From an uncultured Methylococcaceae bacterium (GTDB lineage: Bacteria; Pseudomonadota; Gammaproteobacteria; Methylococcales; Methylomonadaceae): a stretch of 64,000 bases of DNA. The stretch is from NCBI GenBank assembly GCA_903866825.1, contig CAIPPE010000303.1:1663-65662 (forward strand). Reading direction: 5' to 3'. Every line of letters begins with the position of its first letter. Position 1 is the stretch's first letter. Shown in pieces: positions 11,129 through 19,734 of the stretch. The notes under the pieces are model-generated. The model was not told the origin of the DNA and did not search any database. It saw only the letters and a list, made by a program, of their open reading frames with translations. The position numbers were made by a program, and so were the translations under genes.

Positions 11129-14100
11129 TCACTTCATTGAGACTTGCTTACGAGTTGAATGCTCTATACACATTTTTGAAGTATGCTGGTTAATCATTTG
11201 AATACTTAAAAAGTGACCTATTGCAAATTCTGTAGCCAACGAACAAATTAGTTCAGTCATTAAAGTTATCCCTATAAATCTTGTAAATAGATTGAACAAT
11301 AGCATTGCTAACTTTACTTCCGCTTTAACACCATCATTACATTGCATAGAAACATAGCAACAAACATTGAAAACCCTTTCAGCATAACCGTTATTTCTTG
11401 GATTATTAATTCTTAAACCATTTAAAATTTCACCATCCAAAAAAGCCTTCGCTAGCACGGGACTCAATATAGAAGACAAGACTTCAACAGCAGTATTTGT
11501 ATCTATGAACGCTTTTGGGTATCGATAAATTAGTTCTGCTAAAAAATAATAGGCATGTTTATCATTTGACGAACTTAATAAGTTTACGTCCTGAAATGTA
11601 AGCGCATACGGGATACATTCTAGTGCATGCAAATACAGACCTTCTTTTTTTTGTTCAAAACTTAATGAACTCCCCATTTCGACAAATAAGTTAAAAGTAT
11701 CTACCGATTTCCCACCAAATGAGTGAAAAATCTGCGCCAGGATTCCATCAGTGCATAACCAAGGAATATCGTTGCTAATAGATAATTTAATACTGGAATA
11801 GACTGAATCATCAACCATGTCACGAATGCGAAGAATTAATGGCGGCATATCGGCTATTGCCGGAGTCACTACTTCAGATTCAGTAATAATCAAATTAAGG
11901 ACATCTATAATTTGACGATGTTGAGGGGATTGTTTTATATCTTCAGCCGTCACCCGAAATAATCCACCTCCTGGTCTAATGCCCATTGTTAAATAGTCTT
12001 CACGATTTATGTCATTTAACCAATCCTCAATAATATATTTTGTTTCCTGAGTTATAACAAAGTCAATTGACGTTTTTGTCATCCCAAATGCCAAACCCGT
12101 AAGGGCTAAATAGGCAATGGCATAGACATCTAGAATGACTTTTGTCGGAGTGCGTTCGCCAAAGTTAGGTAATGAATGTTTAATGGAGTTCTTTGTTGTC
12201 CACTGTATTAACGCGGCTTTGACAGGATCACCTCGGTTTTGAAAATGTCCCTTACAGCTTATTGGCATAACTGGATTTTTGAAGATTTCATCATCCTGAT
12301 GATATTGAGTTCGAACAAGCTTTTCTTCAAAAGTTGCTAACATCTCATCTGGATCAGTTGGCATTTGAAAGGCGTGAAAGCAATCGCTACCGTCATTCTG
12401 TTTTTGTCTTAATTGTGATGAAATACGATAGGCGGCAACATAAGCGGGTAGGCGTTCAATTAACTTATAATCGTACATACCGTTCCGTATTACTTGCTCA
12501 GTCTCCAAATTGTTAAGAAAAGCACCCAAAGGTGAATTTATATCTAAAAGATCTGGGTATTTTAGTTCAGAGTTATCAATTAATAATTTGGTATGTTGAA
12601 GATTGTCTTCGGTGTAAACGACACCTGCGATACAATCGCCAACTCTTTCAGAACCTAGCAAGGCTCTATTATTAGCATCACCTATCGTTAGACTTAAATG
12701 AAAATCGATCATTGCTTTTGCACAATCACTAGGATTTTCAATAAACCATGCAAGTATTATCTTTTCAGCTCGATTAAAATCACCTGTTTTAGCAATTTCA
12801 ATCAAAAGAGTAAGTGCAATATCTGATTTTTTTGATAACACCTCAGGCGGAATACCTTGCAGAACCGAACGCACAGTATCATCAGAATGCTCATCTTTTC
12901 TATGTAGACGAACTAAAGCAAGCCAACCATCCAATAAAGTATTATTAATTTCAATTGCTTTTTCAATAGCTTGTATTGCTTGCGGATATTGATCTAATTG
13001 CTCAAACACCGCAGCTTGAATTATCCATAATTCACTATCCCATTCACTTTCATTAATCTCTCTCAAAATAGCTGAAAGCGTAGCCACCTGTTCACTGAGC
13101 AACAAAGCTCTTAAATAAAGTCTAGTTATTGGCGACGCCCAAATATCACACGAAGGCATCAATGGTTTTAAAAGAGCGCAAACAATAAAAGAAAGCCCTG
13201 AATGTTGTAACAAACTTTCAGCTAGTTCAATTAATATAAAAGGATTTAGCTTTGCTAATTTTTCCTGGTAAGTGATAAGAAACTGCTCAGCTTGATCCCT
13301 TATATTTTCAATTTCTGCTCGATTATTATTGCTGCTGGATAAAACTATAAGCTTGAGTTGCAAATTACGAAAATCAGCCTCTAATGACTCTTCACTAACA
13401 ATTACCCCACCTGACTTTCCCCATTGACAGATTTTATTGATTTCAAAGTCTTTTAAAATAACAAATTTATCAACGGAAATTTCTTTTGAGGAGGATAGAT
13501 CACTTAATAGCTGTTCACGATATTCCTTATTCTCATTAGCTTGAATATGGTTACGCACAACACCATCTATAATTTTTGACGAATTTTTAGTATAAATGTT
13601 ATATAGTTGAGCGGCTATATCTGAGTGTATTTCTTCAAATTGTCCTACATATTTCCAGCAAATATCCCTTAATTCCTTATGTTCACCATTCATATACTGC
13701 AAGCTCAACGCCGCAACACTAAACAAGCGTTTATCCTTTCCGTTAGATTCATTAATCAACGAAACTAATTCTTCAACTAGATCAATAAGCTCAGCTTTTA
13801 ATTTTGACGTAATAGTCCAGAAAAAGGTTTCTTGCAATTTGCTATTTAAAAGAATTATTCCTTTCGCAAGGACAACTAATACTTTACTGTTGAATGATGG
13901 GAATACATCATTTAGACGATTAGCTGCTTTTAATCCCAATGCCAGATTTTCTATTCTGAAAGACCCACGAACAATGCCATTAAGCTCACTTTCTTCTAGG
14001 TTAATTTTATTTTTCTCATATCCACTTTCTAACTCATCAGCAGTTGCGATAAGTTCAAAAAATGCTTCTTTAGAATAAGAGCCAGGGAGGATGATATTAA

Positions 14101-14509
14101 GATAGCGCTCTCTGGCATCAGTACTTCGATTGCTTTCTACCTCTAATCGAATCAATGTCGCTAGACATAAATCGCGAGTTAAATCATCAGATGGTGTTTT
14201 AAGAAATGTAATGAGCGAACTTAAAAGTTTCTTTTTGTCTTTATCGTCCAGTAAATTTAAGTGAAACGAAAGGCTATCAAGAATAATTTCGCTATTTATA
14301 TCAAGTGTGCTGAGGGCTTTGATAGTTTCTAAGCGATTTTTCGCTGAATCCGGATTTTTTCCGCGAATGTCGGAGAGTATAAGTTCAATAGATTTTTGGA
14401 GTGCTTCAGGAGCGATGCTTTGATACTGATTTACAATTTTATCCCTTGCTATATTATCACCCGATCCACTATGAAGCTGATTAGGGATATTTGGCTCTAT
14501 TGAACTCAT
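11129..14509 (-). CDS. 1126-aa protein of unknown function: N-terminal pairing motif, TPR-like helical array, GreA/B-C-like segment, PIN-like module
   Basis: Uninterrupted 1126-codon ORF. AAGGAAG lies 7 nt upstream of the ATG, which begins 3 nt after the stop of the upstream ORF. No Walker A motif found by eye. Confidence 0.85.
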   Translation of the reverse strand: MSSIEPNIPNQLHSGSGDNIARDKIVNQYQSIAPEALQKSIELILSDIRGKNPDSAKNRLETIKALSTLDINSEIILDSLSFHLNLLDDKDKKKLLSSLITFLKTPSDDLTRDLCLATLIRLEVESNRSTDARERYLNIILPGSYSKEAFFELIATADELESGYEKNKINLEESELNGIVRGSFRIENLALGLKAANRLNDVFPSFNSKVLVVLAKGIILLNSKLQETFFWTITSKLKAELIDLVEELVSLINESNGKDKRLFSVAALSLQYMNGEHKELRDICWKYVGQFEEIHSDIAAQLYNIYTKNSSKIIDGVVRNHIQANENKEYREQLLSDLSSSKEISVDKFVILKDFEINKICQWGKSGGVIVSEESLEADFRNLQLKLIVLSSSNNNRAEIENIRDQAEQFLITYQEKLAKLNPFILIELAESLLQHSGLSFIVCALLKPLMPSCDIWASPITRLYLRALLLSEQVATLSAILREINESEWDSELWIIQAAVFEQLDQYPQAIQAIEKAIEINNTLLDGWLALVRLHRKDEHSDDTVRSVLQGIPPEVLSKKSDIALTLLIEIAKTGDFNRAEKIILAWFIENPSDCAKAMIDFHLSLTIGDANNRALLGSERVGDCIAGVVYTEDNLQHTKLLIDNSELKYPDLLDINSPLGAFLNNLETEQVIRNGMYDYKLIERLPAYVAAYRISSQLRQKQNDGSDCFHAFQMPTDPDEMLATFEEKLVRTQYHQDDEIFKNPVMPISCKGHFQNRGDPVKAALIQWTTKNSIKHSLPNFGERTPTKVILDVYAIAYLALTGLAFGMTKTSIDFVITQETKYIIEDWLNDINREDYLTMGIRPGGGLFRVTAEDIKQSPQHRQIIDVLNLIITESEVVTPAIADMPPLILRIRDMVDDSVYSSIKLSISNDIPWLCTDGILAQIFHSFGGKSVDTFNLFVEMGSSLSFEQKKEGLYLHALECIPYALTFQDVNLLSSSNDKHAYYFLAELIYRYPKAFIDTNTAVEVLSSILSPVLAKAFLDGEILNGLRINNPRNNGYAERVFNVCCYVSMQCNDGVKAEVKLAMLLFNLFTRFIGITLMTELICSLATEFAIGHFLSIQMINQHTSKMCIEHSTRKQVSMK

Positions 14510-14512
14510 CGT

Positions 14513-14845
14513 TTATCTTCCTTGATGAATTACTTTATCTCTGCCTACATTATCACCACTGCCGCTGTGAGACTGAATAATGGTATTGCCCTCTGCTATT
14601 GGTTTGATATTTTCAAGGAGTGAAATTAGTTCGGGCGAAGCCTGGATTCTCTTTTCAATTGCAGACTCGCTCATTCCATCAGTTAAACTTAGTTTATTAA
14701 CCTCACCAGCAAGTACTGATAATGAAGAATCATCTATAACCCATTCTTTTAATCGATCTTTAAGATTGTCTGCTGTCAGCAAAAAACCGCATTTGAGTAA
14801 GTCGTAAGCGATACCAGATAAAATAGTTGACGTTAAAAAGTCCAT
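14513..14845 (-). CDS. 110-aa helical protein whose C-terminal ~25 aa repeat the N-terminal motif of the downstream 1126-aa protein
   Basis: GAAGGA about 5 nt upstream of the ATG. C-terminus …IIQSHSGSGDNVGRDKVIHQGR compares with the neighbour's N-terminus …NQLHSGSGDNIARDKIVNQYQ. Confidence 0.75.
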   Translation of the reverse strand: MDFLTSTILSGIAYDLLKCGFLLTADNLKDRLKEWVIDDSSLSVLAGEVNKLSLTDGMSESAIEKRIQASPELISLLENIKPIAEGNTIIQSHSGSGDNVGRDKVIHQGR

Positions 14846-15174
14846 AAAATTCCTTCATTAAAAAACTCATATATTGGGTCAAAACTTTGGATTTCAACAG
14901 TTTGAGAAACCATAGGATTCCGTAGGATTGATCGGTTTTGTTCCTTTGTTTTTAATGCAGTCATTCGCTACATCTTACAATGACTCGCAACTATCTACAG
15001 CTTATTAACAAATCAATATCTATCAATAAGTTGGTCAAATAATTACAAAAAAACACTCAGAATAGATTGTGTCTTTAAGTGCTATTTAAAAATAAATCAG
15101 ATAGTTATATCTATTATTAAATTAAAGGACTATTGTCTAACTGTGACAACCCACCCATTAACCAAGGAAAGATA

Positions 15175-15789
15175 ATGAAAACGATTATAGCGCTGTTAGA
15201 TTTTGTAACCATTCCGATTAAAACCAAACCGACATACTTTAAGAATGTCATTACCCACCTAACCAACAACCCCGTCTATACGACCCCAGACATTCCTTTA
15301 GAGACTCTTCAGTTAGCCGTTGATAATCTTGAGCTTGCCATACTGGCCGCAGCAGATGGTAGTCATCCTGCTATATCTGCCATGCATGACAGCGCTGATG
15401 CCGCTACATTACTTTTTAAAAACACGGTAGGGTATGTTAATAGAATAGCCAATGGTAATTTAACTAAAATCTTAAGCAGTGGATTTAACGCTTCCAGTCA
15501 GCCTGCTGCCAGAGATAAACAGGTATTAACCCTGAGTGATGGCCCGCGTTCGGGTACTGCAAAAGCAACAACTCAACCGGTTGAGCACGCGGGTGCTTAT
15601 TCTTGGGAGAAAAGGATTACATCTGCTGCCGGTGTACAAGGCGTGTGGGGACCTGCTGGCCTTACCACTCAAGCAAACATTCTTATTGAAGGTCTGGAAG
15701 TAGGGTCAATTTTAGAAGTTAAAGTCTTAGCAGTAACAACCACAGGCGTTACCGATTTTTGCGTCCCGGTATCAAAGCTAATCAACTAA
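15175..15789 (+). CDS. FN3-like protein with helical N-domain (paralogue of 48272-48883)
   Basis: ATG at 15175 preceded by AAGGAAAG; the ORF-track TTG start at 15133 is less likely. Shares NNPV[YF]..PD, A[IA]I.AA.DG.H, Y[VI].RIA.G…ILSSGF…S.QP and a C-terminal beta-rich (…Y.F.V.A…) domain with the paralogue. Confidence 0.7.
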   Translation: MKTIIALLDFVTIPIKTKPTYFKNVITHLTNNPVYTTPDIPLETLQLAVDNLELAILAAADGSHPAISAMHDSADAATLLFKNTVGYVNRIANGNLTKILSSGFNASSQPAARDKQVLTLSDGPRSGTAKATTQPVEHAGAYSWEKRITSAAGVQGVWGPAGLTTQANILIEGLEVGSILEVKVLAVTTTGVTDFCVPVSKLIN

Positions 15790-15924
15790 GGGCGTTAAAC
15801 GCTTAAACTGATAATCTGACAGGCATTCCACTTATGAAGAACACCTGCCAGATTAAGTTTTAGGCAAATAATAATACCTAAATGACACTTTAAGATACCT
15901 TAACAAAGGTTTATAACGTTAAAA

Positions 15925-16258
15925 AGCCACTTAGTGATATTTAAATCAGGCTTATTGATATCTTAAGCAAGCTTTTAGATATCAATTCAACACTTTTAGA
16001 TATCAAAGTCCTTCTTTTAGATAGTAAAGCAACCCTTATTGATATCTAAACCCCCGATTTAATACTACAAGCAGGTTTTTAGATATTAACCCCGTCCTTT
16101 TAGGTTTTAAAAACTGTCGATTTAATAAATAAAACCGGGTTATTGATATCACTCCCGCCCTTCAAGGTATCAAAAACTCCCTTATTGACGCAACCCCCAC
16201 CCGTTTTAATATCAAAAACTACCTTATTAATACCTTAAGCGGCTTTTAACAGACATTC
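15925..16258. repeat. Array of about 16 degenerate tandem repeats, 21-bp period, core CTTTTAGATATC / CTTATTGATATC
   Basis: Hand-indexed core positions: 15933, 15954, 15977, 15998, 16019, 16038, 16061, 16081, 16102, 16124, 16142, 16164, 16184, 16208, 16226, 16248. Mean spacing is 315/15 = 21.0 bp. Confidence 0.85.
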
Positions 16259-16458
16259 AGCTCCCACTAATACTCGGAATTAGTGAAAATTGAAACCCAA
16301 AATTTCGATATGTGACCTTAGAAATCCTATAAAATGTAGCATTGTCTTTGTATTTATGAACCAATTAATATGTTTAATATTATAACTGCTGTAAATGGAA
16401 AACTTGATGTCCCTTTAATCCGGGAGTGGACTGTACAGCTTTATAAAACCGCTTTTTT

Positions 16459-17340
16459 ATGATGACGTTAGCTGAGCAGCTTGGTTATTTTTATCGGCAA
16501 GCCTGTGATATTGAACTACAGGCATTCAAACCGGGTAACGTGAGTATTTATGCAGATGGGCATGATATGACGGTTGCTGATTTTAGATTGAGTGCAGAGG
16601 TAAGTGCAGTACCTTTGTGTAATCCTAATTATTCCTTAGGCGAAAAGATATTTTATGCGGTCAAGGCGACGCGTGAGGCTGTTGCATGTAATACAAATTT
16701 AGGCATTATTCTTTTATGTGCACCCTTAATTCAGGCCATCGTTGATAGAAAACCGGATTGTACCTTAAGGCAATCATTACAGCGTGTTTTAACGACAACT
16801 ACAATCGAAGATGCTGAATGGGTTTTTAAGGCGATTGTGTTGGCATCGCCGGGTGGATTAGGTCGTTCTGACGCACAGGATGTGTCCGGGAAACCCTCGG
16901 AAAATCTGGCTGAGTCCATGAGATTAGCAAGCTCCAGGGATAGAATTGCCCTTCAATACATTACTATGTATCAAGATATTTTTGATTTTGCGATCTTGAT
17001 CCATTACAATGCAATGAGAAAATGGGGTAAGCAGGATTGGGCTGCTGTTTCCGTTTATGTTGGTTTGTTATGTCAGTTTCCTGATAGCCACATTGAAAGA
17101 AAATATGGCAGTCAGTATACTGAAATGGTAGCAAAGATGATGACTTCTCTTTCGGAAGAGTTGTCCAGTGTTGAAAGGCCAGAACAGGTGTTACCGTCGT
17201 TTTATAGTGCAGATAAAGCACTTAAAGAAAAGCACTTAAATCCAGGAACTATGGCGGATTTAACGGTAGCCACCGTATTTACAGTATTTTTAGAAGATAT
17301 TATTCAAATTAAGTCTTCGTATAAAAATCTTCCGACTTAA
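16459..17340 (+). CDS. Triphosphoribosyl-dephospho-CoA synthase (CitG/MdcB)-family protein, H4MPT-cluster type
   Basis: N-terminal …ELQAFKPGNVS… pattern of the CitG family. Position immediately upstream of fae, as I recall from methylotroph clusters. Confidence 0.6.
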   Translation: MMTLAEQLGYFYRQACDIELQAFKPGNVSIYADGHDMTVADFRLSAEVSAVPLCNPNYSLGEKIFYAVKATREAVACNTNLGIILLCAPLIQAIVDRKPDCTLRQSLQRVLTTTTIEDAEWVFKAIVLASPGGLGRSDAQDVSGKPSENLAESMRLASSRDRIALQYITMYQDIFDFAILIHYNAMRKWGKQDWAAVSVYVGLLCQFPDSHIERKYGSQYTEMVAKMMTSLSEELSSVERPEQVLPSFYSADKALKEKHLNPGTMADLTVATVFTVFLEDIIQIKSSYKNLPT

Positions 17341-17413
17341 TTGTTGGTAGTAATTAAAAACTCGATATTATAAACTCGAATTTTTTCATTTTTTTTAATT
17401 AGGAACTTTAAAC

Positions 17414-17932
17414 ATGGCAAAAATTAACAACTTGCGCGTAGGCGAATCTTTAGTAGGCGAAGGCAACGAAATCGCTCACATCGATTTAATCATTGGACCA
17501 CGTGGTTCAGCTGCTGAAACTGCGTTCGCAACTGCTTTAACTAACAACAAAGACGGTTTTTCAACTTTATTAGCGGTTGTTGCTCCTAACTTATTAGTTA
17601 AACCAGCTACTATTTTATTCAACAAAGTAACTATCAAAGGTGCTAAACAAGCTGTTCAAATGTTTGGTCCAGCACAACGTGCGGTTGCTTTAGCGGTTGC
17701 TGATTCAGTTGAAGACGGTACTATCCCAGCTGACGAAGCTGATGATTTATTCATCTCTGTTGGTGTATTCATTCACTGGCAAGCTGAAGACGATGCGTTA
17801 ATTGAAAAATTCAATTACCAAGCTACTAGAGAAGCTTTACAACGTGCTGTAGCAGGTACTCCAACTGCTGCTGAAGTTGTTGCTGCTAAATCTTCTGCAA
17901 AACACCCATTCGCTCCTAACGTAGCGGGTTAA
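17414..17932 (+). CDS. fae: Formaldehyde-activating enzyme
   Basis: 172 aa. [38 protein letters not shown]… is the canonical Fae N-terminus. Strongly biased codon usage, followed by a strong terminator. Confidence 0.95.
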   Translation: MAKINNLRVGESLVGEGNEIAHIDLIIGPRGSAAETAFATALTNNKDGFSTLLAVVAPNLLVKPATILFNKVTIKGAKQAVQMFGPAQRAVALAVADSVEDGTIPADEADDLFISVGVFIHWQAEDDALIEKFNYQATREALQRAVAGTPTAAEVVAAKSSAKHPFAPNVAG

Positions 17933-17973
17933 TTTGATTGCATAATGCTTTAGGGCATCCTGTTTCAAATACT

Positions 17974-18006
17974 AAAAATACCTCAGCTTGCTGAGGTATT
18001 TTTTTG
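17974..18006. terminator. Bidirectional rho-independent terminator (fae / convergent hisA-like gene)
   Basis: Perfect stem ATACCTCAG (17978-17986) / CTGAGGTAT (17991-17999), loop CTTG. A-run before and T7 after. Confidence 0.85.
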
Positions 18007-18007
18007 T

Positions 18008-18685
18008 CTATAGTTTTTCAATCGTTTCTCTGTTGATTTCGCCAGAGTGTAATGCGCTCGCTATCAGTGCCTGTTGTACACCTATCTGTTTTAGCGCTAT
18101 TAAATCACTCCCATTTCTTATGCCTCCGGCAGCAATAAAGTTCTTATGAGGATACTTTTCACAATACTCCTTCAGCTTTATTAAGTCAGGGCCTTGTGCG
18201 CTTCCCACCCGATTTAAGGTCATGATGATAATCGATTCAGGCCATAGTGAAGGCTTAAGGAAAATGTTTTTGGCCCCTAGTGCTTCAGACTTGGAATAAT
18301 CCAGAGATAGGATAAAGTGCTTGTTGAAAGCTTCAAGTTCGAAGATGTCTTCCTCTCTGTAACACTCGCTGCCTAATATAGGTAAACAATTCTTAGGGTA
18401 TTGTGTCGGGCGTTGAAAACCCTTATCTATCCAGAATTGTAGGTGTGGAAAAGTAGTCAATACGTCCTTGATTAAAGCGTCATGATTACCCTGTAAAGTA
18501 ATGGCATCTAAGTCGGCGATATAGAAGGTATCAAAATTATAAAGGCGCAGAAATGCCTCAATCACTTTGTAAGTATTTGATGATTGGCACAGTGGGCTAC
18601 GAATGGGTTGGTAATGGTCTCGCTGACCATGCCTGGCATGTACTACGACGCCCCCTTTTAGATCAATAACGGGAATAATTTTCAT
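18008..18685 (-). CDS. HisA/HisF-family (beta/alpha)8-barrel protein, H4MPT-cluster type
   Basis: N-terminus MKIIPVIDLKGGVVVHA and C-terminal …FIAAGGIR… phosphate-binding motif typical of HisA/HisF-like barrels. Confidence 0.65.
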   Translation of the reverse strand: MKIIPVIDLKGGVVVHARHGQRDHYQPIRSPLCQSSNTYKVIEAFLRLYNFDTFYIADLDAITLQGNHDALIKDVLTTFPHLQFWIDKGFQRPTQYPKNCLPILGSECYREEDIFELEAFNKHFILSLDYSKSEALGAKNIFLKPSLWPESIIIMTLNRVGSAQGPDLIKLKEYCEKYPHKNFIAAGGIRNGSDLIALKQIGVQQALIASALHSGEINRETIEKL

Positions 18686-18726
18686 CGTTAAAGCTGGATT
18701 TAATATTCTGATGTTAAAATGAGTTT

Positions 18727-19734
18727 ATGAGAATTTTAGTATTTGAGTATATCACTGGTGGAGGCTTTAATAATCAGGAACTTCCTGCTTCTCTGGCAAG
18801 TGAAGGAATGCTAATGTTACAGGCATTGCTGGATAATTTAAGAGAAGTAATGATTCATAGGTGTGATCCGCCTATATCCATTTTGGTTATGATGGATGAG
18901 CGGGTTAAAGACATGATTAACGCACAAGGATTTGAACAGTGCCTTATTTCTCCGGCTCAAAATACTAAGGATGAATTTCTTCGATTAATGCAGCAGTGTG
19001 ATGCTGTGTGGCCAATTGCGCCTGAATCGGATGGTATTTTACAAGACCTTTGTGCTGCTGTTGAAGCGGCAGGTAAGAGATTGTTAACATCTCCTGCCAG
19101 TGCTGTTCGAGTTGCTGGAAATAAATTTAATACCTATCAATTGTTTATGCAGCATGGTATTGCTACTGTGCCAACAAAAATGTATATCGATTTTGAATGG
19201 GACGGACATTTGCAATGGATAGTTAAGCCGGTTGATGGCGTAGGTTGTGGAGACAGTTATATTTTATCCAAACCAGAAGACTTTAAGCAGATGGCTTTAA
19301 GAAAAGGTAGTTATATTATTCAGCCTCATCTGCAAGGTAAAAAAACCAGTCTATCCTGTATTTTTAAAGAAGGGAGAGGCTGGTTATTGTGCGTCAATAA
19401 TCAGCATTTTGAGATTATCGATCAGCAATATCATCTGGTGAACATAATAGTTAATCATGATATAAAGTCAGAAAGTTATCACTCTCTCGTTGCTAAGATC
19501 GCAGAAGCCATGCCTGACTTATGGGGTTATGTAGGCATTGATTTAATAGAAACTCCAGAACAAATCCTGGTGTTAGAAATAAATCCTCGATTGACGACTT
19601 CTTTTGCAGGTATTAAAGCAGCATTAGGTATCAATGTGGCCGAAAATATACTGCGATTATTAAAAGATGAGACAGCCATTCAGTTCGATTGTAACCAGCC
19701 TATAAATATTGCAGTGAAATATGAAGCAAATTAA
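18727..19734 (+). CDS. ATP-grasp enzyme, H4MPT/methanofuran-cluster type
   Basis: ATP-grasp signature ILVLEINPRLTTSF. 3' end overlaps the next gene by 14 nt. Confidence 0.65.
   Translation: MRILVFEYITGGGFNNQELPASLASEGMLMLQALLDNLREVMIHRCDPPISILVMMDERVKDMINAQGFEQCLISPAQNTKDEFLRLMQQCDAVWPIAPESDGILQDLCAAVEAAGKRLLTSPASAVRVAGNKFNTYQLFMQHGIATVPTKMYIDFEWDGHLQWIVKPVDGVGCGDSYILSKPEDFKQMALRKGSYIIQPHLQGKKTSLSCIFKEGRGWLLCVNNQHFEIIDQQYHLVNIIVNHDIKSESYHSLVAKIAEAMPDLWGYVGIDLIETPEQILVLEINPRLTTSFAGIKAALGINVAENILRLLKDETAIQFDCNQPINIAVKYEAN

Noticed and set aside
13406-13420. GKSGG in the 1126-aa protein as a possible Walker A
   Set aside because: The context QWGKSGGVIV lacks the GxxxxGK[ST] spacing and a preceding beta-strand. 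FGGKS at aa 931-935 fails likewise. No Walker B candidate was found.
15925-16258. Tandem repeats considered as a CRISPR array
   Set aside because: The units are about 21 bp, degenerate and contiguous, with no unique spacers between them. No cas genes are in the window. The same applies to the array at 49105-49290.
16370-16462. 30-codon ORF (MFNIITAVNGKLDVPLIREWTVQLYKTAFL*) overlapping the CitG-like start by ATGA
   Set aside because: It is too short, with no ribosome-binding site or recognisable pattern. The overlap could be coincidental.
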